Of a stretch of DNA of 64,000 nucleotides, positions 9,242 to 18,280 are shown in pieces; positions within the stretch are counted from its first letter, which is position 1; every line of letters begins with the position of its first letter. Location of the stretch: positions 124,001-188,000 of the IMG/VR virus record IMGVR_UViG_3300021959_006017. The stretch is one strand, 5' to 3'. The notes under the pieces were generated by a model. That model had not been told where the DNA came from. It searched no databases and was given only the letters and a program-made list of their open reading frames with translations. The position numbers and the translations under genes were made by a program.

Positions 9242-11299
9242 ATGACTAAGTGGATCACACATTGGACAGTAGCCTTTGTTACGGCTGTAATCATGTTACT
9301 AGTGCATTACGGGGATAGCACCATTGTCCAAACAGCTAGGCTCAAGCAATTTGATCTACTACAAAACACAGATGAGCAGATAGTATCCCAGGATATTGCG
9401 GTAGTCGCTATCGATGAAACAGCTATTGAGAAGTACGGTCAATGGCCCTGGAAGCGAGATGTTATAGCAGACATAGTTTGGAAACTTCGAGAAGCAGGTG
9501 CTGGTATCATTGTGATGCCTATATTGTTTTCCGAGCCAGATCGATTGGGCGGAGATATGCAGTTAGCCGAAGCACTTGTAGGGAACGGCGTAGTTATCGC
9601 CCAAACGGGGACTACATCCGGAGTAAACCGCAATGCTGTACCAAGAGGTGTTGCGAAGATAGGAGATCCATTACCGTTCATGTTTGAATGGCCGGGAATG
9701 TTAGGTCCTATACCTCTGCTAGGGGAGAACGTTGATGGTGTGGGTGTGTTGAACACATTCCCTGAAATCGACGGTGTGGTAAGACGTGTACCTCTTCTTA
9801 TGCGTGTTCGGGATGAAACGTATCCGGCTATAGCAGTGGAAGTAATAAGAGTTGCAACAGCAGCACCTTCATATCAAGTTAAGGCTAACGAAGGTGGTAT
9901 TGAAGCTGTAAGAGTTCCTGGATATCCTACTGTGCGAACAGATCCAAATGCACAGATATGGTTGCGTTGGAACAAACAGTTTGAAACTGTAAGTGTTGCA
10001 AATGACGATCTTAACATTGTAGAAGGCAAGACAGTTATACTTGGTATAACAGCAGAAGGTATTGGTGCAACTGTTGGTACACCACAAGGCACACAATACA
10101 GTTATGTTCCTGCCGCGATTACACTACAAACTGTTATAGACGGTGATCAAATAGAACGTCCTTACTGGGCATTACTAGCAGAACTAGCAGCTACGGCAGC
10201 ACTTGGTTTATTATTAGTATTGCTTGCACGTTTCACTCCATATTATGTTGTTGGCGCAGCTATTGTGTTGTTGGGTGGAGGATTAGTATATGGTGCTTTA
10301 TATGCTTGGCAAAACTATTTGTATTTGCTAGACATAACAATGCCAATAGCAACTGTGTTACTTGTAGGTTTACATGCAGTATTCAATAGATTTGTTGCAG
10401 AGTTCTTTGAAAAGCAAAAGATTAAAAAGCAGTTCGAAGGATATGCATCTCCAGCAGTGGTTAAGATACTACAAGAAAATCCAGCACTAATCAAGAACGG
10501 TACTGAGCGTGATATTAGTATTGTGTTTTCAGACTTGCGTGGCTTTACTCCGCTAGGTGAATCGTTTGGCAAAGATGTACAAGGCTTAACACGTATTATG
10601 AACGGTTATATGGATGCTATTACAGAACCTGTGCTTGATGCAGACGGAATGATTATTAAGTATATTGGCGATGCAAGTATGCACATACACAATGCACCAG
10701 TTGATGACGACGATCATCCTAATACCGCAGTTCGTGTAGGGTTACAAATGCTACGAGCAGTGGAGAAGTTTAATGAAGATATTATCATTCCTGAAGGAAG
10801 ACCTCCCGTGGGTATGGGGGCTGGCATCAATACTGGACTTGGATTCTTGGGAGAGATGGGAAGCACCAAAAGACACTCATACGATGTCCTCGGAGATGCA
10901 GTCAGCACAGCCGCACGTATCGAATCAAAATGTAAAGAGTACGGGTGCTTGTTGCTCGTTGGAGGAGACACGGTAGAGCAATGTGATCAAACAGAGTTTT
11001 TCTTTGTTAAAATAGATAGTCTTGTTGCTAAAGGTAAGACAGATGCAGTTGACATTTATACAGTACTAGATAAACCTAAACCACACTATAAATCAAGCAG
11101 ACGTAGACACGACGGCATGCACAAGATGTATCAAGAACGTAGATGGGATGATGCAATAGAAGAGTGCCACAAACTTACTGGACAGTTTGAAGGACGTTTA
11201 GATGGTTACTACGAAATGTGGATTGATCGTTGTAATGAAATGCGCCACAAAGACTTACCAGATGATTGGGATGGCCGTTATATCGCAACTACCAAGTAG
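9242..11299 (+). CDS. CHASE2-domain class III adenylate cyclase
   Basis: CHASE2 motifs (IDE.AIEKYGQWPW.R, DGVVRRVPL), three TM helices, cyclase motifs FSDLRGFT, KYIGDA, G.GINTG and YDVLGDAV..AARIES. Confidence 0.92.
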   Translation: MTKWITHWTVAFVTAVIMLLVHYGDSTIVQTARLKQFDLLQNTDEQIVSQDIAVVAIDETAIEKYGQWPWKRDVIADIVWKLREAGAGIIVMPILFSEPDRLGGDMQLAEALVGNGVVIAQTGTTSGVNRNAVPRGVAKIGDPLPFMFEWPGMLGPIPLLGENVDGVGVLNTFPEIDGVVRRVPLLMRVRDETYPAIAVEVIRVATAAPSYQVKANEGGIEAVRVPGYPTVRTDPNAQIWLRWNKQFETVSVANDDLNIVEGKTVILGITAEGIGATVGTPQGTQYSYVPAAITLQTVIDGDQIERPYWALLAELAATAALGLLLVLLARFTPYYVVGAAIVLLGGGLVYGALYAWQNYLYLLDITMPIATVLLVGLHAVFNRFVAEFFEKQKIKKQFEGYASPAVVKILQENPALIKNGTERDISIVFSDLRGFTPLGESFGKDVQGLTRIMNGYMDAITEPVLDADGMIIKYIGDASMHIHNAPVDDDDHPNTAVRVGLQMLRAVEKFNEDIIIPEGRPPVGMGAGINTGLGFLGEMGSTKRHSYDVLGDAVSTAARIESKCKEYGCLLLVGGDTVEQCDQTEFFFVKIDSLVAKGKTDAVDIYTVLDKPKPHYKSSRRRHDGMHKMYQERRWDDAIEECHKLTGQFEGRLDGYYEMWIDRCNEMRHKDLPDDWDGRYIATTK

Positions 11300-11632
11300 T
11301 TACTTGTTACCTCCGGTGCTATCAAAACCTTGACTAAAACTTTTATACTTATGCAGTAGATCGTCTAAATCGTCTAGATCTTTTTGATCTGCAACTTTCT
11401 TAATATCGCCCTGATATTCTAGTACCATAGATAGTTTGGTGTTTAGTCGTATCATGTCGTTATCTAACATACGTATACGATCAACAAGTTTAATAAGTGT
11501 GCTACTTGCTTCGCCTATCTTAGGATTGATTTCTGTGGTTACCCATTTCCACACATAGAAAATAAAGTATCCCATTCCCATCGCTGCGATGATAGGAAAT
11601 CCATAATCACTAATCGCTGCTGCTATGTCCAT
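11300..11632 (-). CDS. Small membrane protein with GFPI motif and coiled coil (YvrJ/holin-like)
   Basis: N-terminal TM YGFPIIAAMGMGYFI then a heptad region; paralogue of the 11858 ORF. Confidence 0.55.
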   Translation of the reverse strand: MDIAAAISDYGFPIIAAMGMGYFIFYVWKWVTTEINPKIGEASSTLIKLVDRIRMLDNDMIRLNTKLSMVLEYQGDIKKVADQKDLDDLDDLLHKYKSFSQGFDSTGGNK

Positions 11633-11858
11633 TCTTTTTGCCCTCTTCGTATTTCATTAATAATGCATTTACTTGATCAGTTTTACGTAACCAACCACTT
11701 TCGTCTACAATAAAAACATCACCCGGTTTGTATAACCAATGATCTTTGGGCGAACCATCTTTTTGTTTGCCCATTACTTCGCCTTCCCATTCACCTGTTA
11801 CACGAAATGCTTGTCCGTGTAAGCCTGCACTTTCTACTGTATAATCTAACCAAAACAT
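11610..11858 (-). CDS. Hypothetical protein
   Basis: ORF coupled to both neighbours on the minus strand. Confidence 0.55.
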   Translation of the reverse strand: MFWLDYTVESAGLHGQAFRVTGEWEGEVMGKQKDGSPKDHWLYKPGDVFIVDESGWLRKTDQVNALLMKYEEGKKNGHSSSD

Positions 11859-12136
11859 TAGTCTCTCCTTGCATCTTCTTTGCCCTCATTTGCCGCTATC
11901 CTGTCGATATTCGGTCTTACACTAAGAACATAACTAAGCAAAGCATCAATCTTGACTAGGTCATTGTTCATTGTTTGCACTCTATTATCAAGTGCGCCTA
12001 TTATATTCTTGAGGCCGTTTACGCCGCCCGTTACACCTGCAAGAATAAACTTTAGAGTAAGGAAAACAAAGTAACCTGCGGCCAAACTGCCCGCAATCGG
12101 AAACCCTACTTCACCTACTAGTGTTAAAAAATCCAT
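11858..12136 (-). CDS. Small membrane protein with GFPI motif and coiled coil (YvrJ/holin-like)
   Basis: GGAGGG RBS, start MDFLTLVGEVGFPIAG; shares L..R....ND...I with the 11300 ORF. Confidence 0.55.
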   Translation of the reverse strand: MDFLTLVGEVGFPIAGSLAAGYFVFLTLKFILAGVTGGVNGLKNIIGALDNRVQTMNNDLVKIDALLSYVLSVRPNIDRIAANEGKEDARRD

Positions 12137-12160
12137 TGTTTGCCCTCCAATGCTTATACT

Positions 12161-12179
12161 GTATTTATTCACTAAATAC
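12161..12179. promoter_or_regulatory. Back-to-back TAAATA promoters
   Basis: GTATTTA-TTCAC-TAAATAC inverted repeat between divergent genes. Confidence 0.6.
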
Positions 12180-12197
12180 TCTGAAGGGACTCATTAC

Positions 12198-12725
12198 ATG
12201 TTAAAAACTATAGCACTACTTCTTAGTATAGCCACCATTTCTGCTTGCACAGCAAACACTATTCCTTTTAGTGACGATACTACATTACGTTTACCAGAAA
12301 ACAATCCTGTACTTGTAGCATACGAATATTATGGTATGCACGAGTCGACTAACAGAACAGAACTGAGAGAGTTTACAGGAGTAGATCCTAAACGTATAGA
12401 ATGGTGTGCAGCATTTGTTAACAGTGTGCTAAACGAAAGTGGTATTGCAGGATCAGAGAGTATAAGCCAAACACCTCTAATGGCACGTAGTTTTTTACAA
12501 TGGGGAACACCTGTTGCAAAGGAAGATATACGGCCAGGAGATGTAGTTGTATTTCCTCGAGGCAATCAAGGTTGGCAAGGACATGTAGGATTCTTTATAA
12601 AAAAGCATATGGTAGGAAACACTGAGTATTGGCTAATACTTGGTGGCAATCAAAGCAATCGTGTAAGTATTGCTCCTTATGCTGCAAGACGCTCATTAGG
12701 TATTCGCCGTCCAGAATCGACATAA
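12198..12725 (+). CDS. NlpC/P60-CHAP-like (TIGR02594-type) cell-wall peptidase, probable lipoprotein
   Basis: EWCAAFVN, ARSFL.WG, PGDVVVF.RG..WQGHVGF, LGGNQSNRV; N-terminus ends ISAC like a lipobox. Confidence 0.8.
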   Translation: MLKTIALLLSIATISACTANTIPFSDDTTLRLPENNPVLVAYEYYGMHESTNRTELREFTGVDPKRIEWCAAFVNSVLNESGIAGSESISQTPLMARSFLQWGTPVAKEDIRPGDVVVFPRGNQGWQGHVGFFIKKHMVGNTEYWLILGGNQSNRVSIAPYAARRSLGIRRPEST

Positions 12726-12776
12726 AACTTTGTTCAACTATTTTAAATATGTTTACTATTTTGTTTAGGAGACATT

Positions 12777-13115
12777 ATGCCAAAATATGAATACAAGTGT
12801 ATTGATTGTGAAGAACATCATGATCAATGGCACAGTTTTGAGGATGAGCCTCAACCATGTGAACATTGTGGTAGTAGTAACATTAAAAAAGTGATAGGTG
12901 CTCCTGCGATTAGAATGGGTGGTAGACAGTCTATGAGCGTAAGACACACAACTGAAGAAACTTTTGGTCCAGGACCAAAAGGGGGAAGTGCTGCTAAGAT
13001 AGGGCACAGAGAATATTTTCCTGAAGAAGTTTCAGCAAAAAGAAAAGAAGAACAAAAAAAGAGAGATGGCAAAGGAGCAACGGTTATTATGCCAAAAGCC
13101 ATTAAGAAGAAATAG
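12777..13115 (+). CDS. FmdB-family zinc-ribbon protein
   Basis: MP.YEYKC..C ... C..CGS..I.KVI.AP; AGGAG RBS. Confidence 0.75.
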   Translation: MPKYEYKCIDCEEHHDQWHSFEDEPQPCEHCGSSNIKKVIGAPAIRMGGRQSMSVRHTTEETFGPGPKGGSAAKIGHREYFPEEVSAKRKEEQKKRDGKGATVIMPKAIKKK

Positions 13116-13146
13116 CACAAAACTATTATAACTATCTAAATAAAGG

Positions 13147-13197
13147 TTGACAAATCAAGTCCAGTCTGTTATTATAATAATAGAGCTGGACTTTTTT
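13147..13197 (+). promoter_or_regulatory. Sigma70-like promoter overlapped by an intrinsic terminator
   Basis: TTGACA (13147)-N17-TATTAT; stem AAGTCCAG/CTGGACTT followed by a T run. Confidence 0.65.
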
Positions 13198-13210
13198 ATG
13201 AAGGAAATAA

Positions 13211-13780
13211 ATGTTTCAACAACACGAATATTATGATTGGAATGCCCTTATAGACGAACATTCTCGACAAAGAGTTTGTCAGTTTATTAAGCGTGGTATA
13301 GACGAAGGCAACTGGTTTGAAAATAGTCCTAAGTATCAAACAAACTGGAATGTGTTTGGTTCTCCAGGTCCTGACTTTTTGAATCTTAAAATGAGCTTTA
13401 TCTGGAGTGCGTTTGCTTTTATGGGCAAAGAAGTACAAATCAAAAATATTCAAAGTTGGAGTTATATGACTTCATTAAAGGCACCTGAAGATAGAAATAC
13501 ATTATGGCACAACCACAACCACGATGTTACTACAACTACTGTAAGTGGAGTGTACTATCTTCATCTTCCTGATGATGTGGAAGATTTAGAAAGTGCTGGT
13601 ACAGAACTAGCACCGGGTGGTGTAGTCAACACTATGGATGGCCCTAAAGGCGTTGACACATATTTTGCACCGTGGCGTACCGGGCAGTGGATGATTTTTC
13701 CGGGAAAGATTTATCATAGACCCGGCGTCCTACAATCACACAACAATCGGTTTATTATTGCAGCCGACATGGAGTTTTAA
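13211..13780 (+). CDS. Putative 2OG-Fe(II) oxygenase-like protein
   Basis: WHNH...VSGVYYL..P, IFP...YH and R..IA.D pattern of phage 2OG-Fe(II) oxygenases. Confidence 0.6.
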   Translation: MFQQHEYYDWNALIDEHSRQRVCQFIKRGIDEGNWFENSPKYQTNWNVFGSPGPDFLNLKMSFIWSAFAFMGKEVQIKNIQSWSYMTSLKAPEDRNTLWHNHNHDVTTTTVSGVYYLHLPDDVEDLESAGTELAPGGVVNTMDGPKGVDTYFAPWRTGQWMIFPGKIYHRPGVLQSHNNRFIIAADMEF

Positions 13781-14512
13781 ATGAACGAATACACTACTGA
13801 AGAAAATCAAGAACTTATTGAAACACTCAAAGGTCCACGTTATTATCGTATTCAACTTTGGGGATATGGTGGCGAAGCAGAGTACATGGATCTTACAAAA
13901 GAACAGTACGAGTTTTGGCATGCACACCTTGAAGAACACGGTGACGGTGATGCTGTTAACTATTGTGTAAATGCAGAAGATGGTGAGTTTGAATTTGATA
14001 ACCTTAAAGAAGTACCAGAGTTTGCACAGTTTCTAAAAGTAGAAGGTGAAGACTACAGCACAAGTTGGTATGAGTCGGCTACAGGGTTTACACATCAATG
14101 GGGTGTTGATTATAACAATGCTCGACTTACTATTGAAGAAGTTGACAGTGAAGAATACAATGCGAATGTTATTGCAGAAATTGTAGATGGTGAAGACTTA
14201 GCAGATTACATCAATACACTTGACGAAGCAAATAACTATGAACTAGAGCTAACAGAAATGGGCGTAGACGAAGGTGAAGACACACAAGGCGATTATGTAG
14301 CCCAAATGTATAGTGCTGAGAAAGGCACGTTCTTTGACGGCATTATTGAAACTGTAGGTAGTTTTGATCCTAAGAAATTAAAAATCTATACACTTGAGTA
14401 TTTGAACGGTGATGACACTGTGCAAACCATTGATTACGACGGCAAAGAAATTGACAACGGCGGCGGCGACACTAACGGAAAAGGTTATAGTTTTCACGTT
14501 TGGAAGAACTGA
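13781..14512 (+). CDS. Acidic hypothetical protein
   Basis: 243-aa ORF in operon, GGAG RBS. Confidence 0.6.
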   Translation: MNEYTTEENQELIETLKGPRYYRIQLWGYGGEAEYMDLTKEQYEFWHAHLEEHGDGDAVNYCVNAEDGEFEFDNLKEVPEFAQFLKVEGEDYSTSWYESATGFTHQWGVDYNNARLTIEEVDSEEYNANVIAEIVDGEDLADYINTLDEANNYELELTEMGVDEGEDTQGDYVAQMYSAEKGTFFDGIIETVGSFDPKKLKIYTLEYLNGDDTVQTIDYDGKEIDNGGGDTNGKGYSFHVWKN

Positions 14513-14910
14513 TGATAGAAGCAGAAGAACACGCAGTTAAAGAAGGATATCATCAAGAACGTACTATGAGCAAGGCAGCAAGTCTTGCCATGGAACTTTC
14601 TAAGGAAAAGAAAAGACTTCAAACTGAACTTGAAGAACTGCAAGAAGAATTTGACATAGTAAAGCCTACTACTCCTACAGGTACGCCTGACTGGTATGTA
14701 AAGTGGACTGCAACTATTCTAGCTGTAACAGGAGTTTTTCTTATCAGTGCAAACTTCATACTATATGGACAGATAGCATACATAGCAAGTTCTATTGGCT
14801 GGGTGTTTGTAGGAATGGTATGGGGTGATAGAGCTATTATGATTGGTTCGAGTATAAGTGGAACCGCAGTAGCAATGAACCTAGTAGCAGGGTTGGTAAA
14901 TACGATATGA
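14500..14910 (+). CDS. Membrane protein (coiled coil plus 3 TM); start uncertain
   Basis: WYVKW.AT...G hydrophobic C-terminal half. Confidence 0.55.
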   Translation: MEELMIEAEEHAVKEGYHQERTMSKAASLAMELSKEKKRLQTELEELQEEFDIVKPTTPTGTPDWYVKWTATILAVTGVFLISANFILYGQIAYIASSIGWVFVGMVWGDRAIMIGSSISGTAVAMNLVAGLVNTI

Positions 14911-15116
14911 CAGAAAAAGTAAACATTACATCAATATACAAAGTAGAAGATATTTTCCAAGACGATCCAGATGACGAAAATATGACTATTATGACAATCC
15001 CAGAAGAGGTACTACGTGCCAAAGGCTGGGGAGAAGGTACCCGCATCAAAGTAGAAGTTGGTGATCAAGGAACTTTAATCATTACCGAAATAAAGGACAC
15101 AGATGGCCAAGAATGA
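14907..15116 (+). CDS. AbrB/MazE-like small DNA-binding protein
   Basis: [23 protein letters not shown] resembles the AbrB/SpoVT signature. Confidence 0.55.
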   Translation: MTEKVNITSIYKVEDIFQDDPDDENMTIMTIPEEVLRAKGWGEGTRIKVEVGDQGTLIITEIKDTDGQE

Positions 15117-15321
15117 TGACCTTATAGAGCTTGAGGGCACTATTAATGATGTTCTTCCAAATCAAATGTTTAAAGTAGAACTTGACAATGGTCATTTAGT
15201 AACCTGTTATACAGGCGGAAAAATGCGTCAATTTCGCATAAGATTAGTCCAAGGAGACAGGGTAAGAGTTGAAATGACACCCTATGATCTCGAAAAAGGC
15301 CGTATTATCTTTAGATTATAG
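15103..15321 (+). CDS. infA: Translation initiation factor IF-1
   Basis: MAK.D.IE.EG.I..VLPN.MF.V.L.NGH....GKMR..IR...[17 protein letters not shown]. Confidence 0.96.
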   Translation: MAKNDDLIELEGTINDVLPNQMFKVELDNGHLVTCYTGGKMRQFRIRLVQGDRVRVEMTPYDLEKGRIIFRL

Positions 15322-15336
15322 TACTAAAGTTTACGG

Positions 15337-15392
15337 TTGACAAACCCTCTTTTAGACACTATACTATATGTATAGACAATGAGGAGAGGGTT
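15337..15392 (+). promoter_or_regulatory. Sigma70-like promoter whose spacer is complementary to the downstream RBS
   Basis: TTGACA (15337)-N17-TATACT; AACCCTCTTTT (15343-15353) pairs with AGGAGAGGGTT (15382-15392). Confidence 0.65.
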
Positions 15393-15692
15393 ATGAAACT
15401 CGCAGACTTTGAAAAGATATCAACTACAGTGCCTAATGGCATTCAAGTTGTACTTGACTTTGACAAATACCATTTAAGCATTGTACAGAGTGATTTCTCC
15501 TACGGAGGCACAAGAGGACTTTATGAAATCGGTGTCTTTGCCGCACAAGACGGTGTTGCATCAGATATGGTTAAACTACCAGGCATTACAGCAGAGTACG
15601 ATACTATTAAAGGCTTCTTGACAGAAGCTGATGTTGATGCTATTATTAAAAAAATGTACACAATCACTAAGAAAGATCCTGTTCAAGTATGA
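15393..15692 (+). CDS. Hypothetical phage protein
   Basis: Strong RBS; SYGG..GLYEI.V motif common in phage early ORFs. Confidence 0.6.
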   Translation: MKLADFEKISTTVPNGIQVVLDFDKYHLSIVQSDFSYGGTRGLYEIGVFAAQDGVASDMVKLPGITAEYDTIKGFLTEADVDAIIKKMYTITKKDPVQV

Positions 15693-16120
15693 TCACAGTA
15701 AGCGGCGGCAGCGCAAGACAACGTCAGTATGTTGAAAGCATGATTGAGTTTGCATGGCGTACTCTTATGCCACGTAAGAAGAATCTTAACATCGAAGTAA
15801 AGCTCAAAGACCTTAAAGGCGATGCATATGGTTATTGTCTAGCAGAAACTTATAACGACTTTGAACTTGAGATTCACAGTAAAATGCGTCTTCGTCGCTT
15901 GCTAGAAACTGTTGCACATGAAATGGTACATGTTAAGCAGTATGCTCGCAAAGAACTTATGAACGATCATGATTGGTTAGGTAAAACATACAATCCTAAA
16001 AAGGTATCCTATTGGGATTTGCCTTGGGAAATAGAAGCACACGGTCGTGAAGTAGGATTGTTTGTTCGTTGGTGCGAAGAAAATAAACTTGGCGGCAAGA
16101 GCTGGACACAAGATTCATAA
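15689..16120 (+). CDS. HEXXH zinc metallopeptidase-like protein
   Basis: TVAHEMVHVKQY and PWEIEA. Confidence 0.7.
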   Translation: MITVSGGSARQRQYVESMIEFAWRTLMPRKKNLNIEVKLKDLKGDAYGYCLAETYNDFELEIHSKMRLRRLLETVAHEMVHVKQYARKELMNDHDWLGKTYNPKKVSYWDLPWEIEAHGREVGLFVRWCEENKLGGKSWTQDS

Positions 16121-16128
16121 GGAACGCT

Positions 16129-17034
16129 ATGAAACCTCTGTATATATGGGCAGGCGGAAAAAATAAAATGATACCTAAGTACTTGGAAAGTCCAAGTATT
16201 CCTACTTCTGGATATGATACATATGTAGAACCGTTCTTCGGCGGTGGCGCTATGATGATTTGGGTAAAAGAAAACTGTCCAGACGTAAAGCGTTTTGTAC
16301 TTAATGATGTTAAAGAAGAAATAGTAGGCATCTATACTGCTATTAAAAACGACTTAGATCCATTCTTAGTTAGACTTGATGCATTATCTAAACAATATTT
16401 GCCTTTAGAAAAAGATGATCGTAAAAAAATGTATTATGATTTACGAGATGAATATACACAAAACTGGACACAGTGGACACGAACACAAGAAGCGGCTACA
16501 TTATATTTCTTAATGAAGACAGCCTTTAATGGCATTTGGCAAGAAACAAAAACTAGTAATGGCAGATTTGCTACACCTTCAGGATTGTTAAATCATACTA
16601 CTAAGGTATATGACAAAGATAATGTATTAGAATGGCACAACTTTTTACAAAGTGTTGACATATATTGCGGTGATTGGAAAGATGCTTGCAAGAATGTTGA
16701 AGAACGTGCTTTTTATTTTATGGATCCTCCGTACCGTGACAGCTTTACAAGTTATGGAGAAGGATTTACAGATCAAGATCACGCAGATCTTATAAAGTTT
16801 TGTTGCGATAAAGATAGACAAGGCGATTATGTGTTTTATTGTAATAGAGACGATGCAGATGATGGGTTCTTTGATACTCATCAACAACAGTTAAGCAAAC
16901 AAAACTACAGTATAAAATATACAGCAGGACGTAGAGCAACCGAAAAAGACGGTGAAAGAACTGCAAAATCTGCTAAAGAAATCCTTTTATATAGCCCTAA
17001 AATACAGCCGATTTTTAATAAACTTTTTGATTGA
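16129..17034 (+). CDS. dam: DNA adenine methyltransferase (Dam/D12 class)
   Basis: WAGGK, YVEPFFGGGA, FNG and DPPY motifs. Confidence 0.9.
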   Translation: MKPLYIWAGGKNKMIPKYLESPSIPTSGYDTYVEPFFGGGAMMIWVKENCPDVKRFVLNDVKEEIVGIYTAIKNDLDPFLVRLDALSKQYLPLEKDDRKKMYYDLRDEYTQNWTQWTRTQEAATLYFLMKTAFNGIWQETKTSNGRFATPSGLLNHTTKVYDKDNVLEWHNFLQSVDIYCGDWKDACKNVEERAFYFMDPPYRDSFTSYGEGFTDQDHADLIKFCCDKDRQGDYVFYCNRDDADDGFFDTHQQQLSKQNYSIKYTAGRRATEKDGERTAKSAKEILLYSPKIQPIFNKLFD

Positions 17035-17060
17035 CAAATGATTAAATGATGCTATACTAT
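17031..17060 (+). promoter_or_regulatory. Sigma70-like early promoter
   Basis: TTGACA then TATACT/TACTAT at 16-18 nt spacing. Confidence 0.6.
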
Positions 17061-17092
17061 TATTAATAGTTAGGCAAAAAGAGAGGCACAAA

Positions 17093-17809
17093 ATGATGGC
17101 ATTTCAAACCAAAGACGTACTACCGCTTAAGACTGTAAAACTTACAGATGCACTTGCTGTTGCATATGCGGCTTATCGTATTAACAAAGAAACTTATATC
17201 AAAGATATTCGTCGTTTTGAAGAGTCTCCTCCACAGTTTCCTAACAAAGATTTAGTTCGTCATTACTATGACACTAAAAAAGGTGTCGAATGGGTTCCTA
17301 CAGATTTTGAAATGTTTGAGCCTATTGAAGAAGATTATGCTAAGGTAACAGAAGCACTTAAATGGATGAAGCGTTATGTAATGCTTGGCTTAGGTGATCT
17401 TGACGACTTTAAACGTCAAATGGTTGAAGAACTAACACAAAGCGAAGTGCCTGTAAAGGGTATGGGTCGTATTGCCTTTGCTCCAGAGTTCGTTAAACGT
17501 GATATGCACGAAAACGGTCTTAAGAAAGAGATTCGTATCGAATACCGTGATAGCCAACATATTGGAAAAGAAAAAGATCCTGTAGATTGTGTTGTTAAGA
17601 TCCTTGACAAGCGTTACAGCGTACAGTGGGAGTCATACAACTTCACTGCTGTTACTACAGATGGTAATCTTGTTTCATACATGAACAAGTTTGATCAAGA
17701 GATTGGTAGCATGAAGCGCATCAAAGCCAAAGTAAAATCACAAACTAAGAATCGTTTGTTTGATGCAAACGAAACACGTCTTAACTACGTTAAACTTTAT
17801 AAGGTATAA
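17093..17809 (+). CDS. Hypothetical protein with possible C-terminal OB-fold
   Basis: GAGG RBS; C-terminal beta-rich segment ending ETRLNYVK. Confidence 0.55.
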   Translation: MMAFQTKDVLPLKTVKLTDALAVAYAAYRINKETYIKDIRRFEESPPQFPNKDLVRHYYDTKKGVEWVPTDFEMFEPIEEDYAKVTEALKWMKRYVMLGLGDLDDFKRQMVEELTQSEVPVKGMGRIAFAPEFVKRDMHENGLKKEIRIEYRDSQHIGKEKDPVDCVVKILDKRYSVQWESYNFTAVTTDGNLVSYMNKFDQEIGSMKRIKAKVKSQTKNRLFDANETRLNYVKLYKV

Positions 17810-17811
17810 CA

Positions 17812-18066
17812 ATGGCACGTAAATACACAAAGCGTTATTTGAAACCTACAGCGTTTGAACCTAAAGACTCTATCTTTGAAGGTATTGTTTGGACGGTAGA
17901 AGGTAGCAAAAAAGGCTCTAGTTATAATGTAACACTGCACGACAAAGGCTTTGAGTGTGACTGCACAGGATTTACATTTCATGGAAAGTGCAAACATTCT
18001 AAGTCTGTACTAGAACGTGTAGAACAAGCAGTTAATAATAATGTACCAAAATATAGGATGATTTAA
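17812..18066 (+). CDS. SWIM zinc-finger protein
   Basis: Y.V......C.C.GF..GKCKH. Confidence 0.75.
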   Translation: MARKYTKRYLKPTAFEPKDSIFEGIVWTVEGSKKGSSYNVTLHDKGFECDCTGFTFHGKCKHSKSVLERVEQAVNNNVPKYRMI

Positions 18067-18067
18067 A

Positions 18068-18280
18068 ATGGAACTTTGGATAAATGAACTTTGGCTACTA
18101 GGCACTGCGATAGTGTTTACTTGGGTAGGTATATTTATGAGTAAGTGGAGAGCTGTCAGCGGCACCGAAATAGTGATTGATAGTTTGATTGATCAAGGAT
18201 TTTTGAAAACTAAAGGCTCTGGCGAGAATATGGAAATCATCAAATGGCGTGATTGGTGCGATGATCAAAATTCAGGGTAA
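18068..18280 (+). CDS. Small membrane protein
   Basis: One TM segment; operon position. Confidence 0.5.
   Translation: MELWINELWLLGTAIVFTWVGIFMSKWRAVSGTEIVIDSLIDQGFLKTKGSGENMEIIKWRDWCDDQNSG

Noticed and set aside
12150-12197. Track start sites that extend ORFs upstream (12150, 12172, 2456, 6264, 18249, 35185, 37134, 37977, 61745)
   Set aside because: Downstream starts have better RBS or promoter context; the extensions cross promoters or neighbouring genes.
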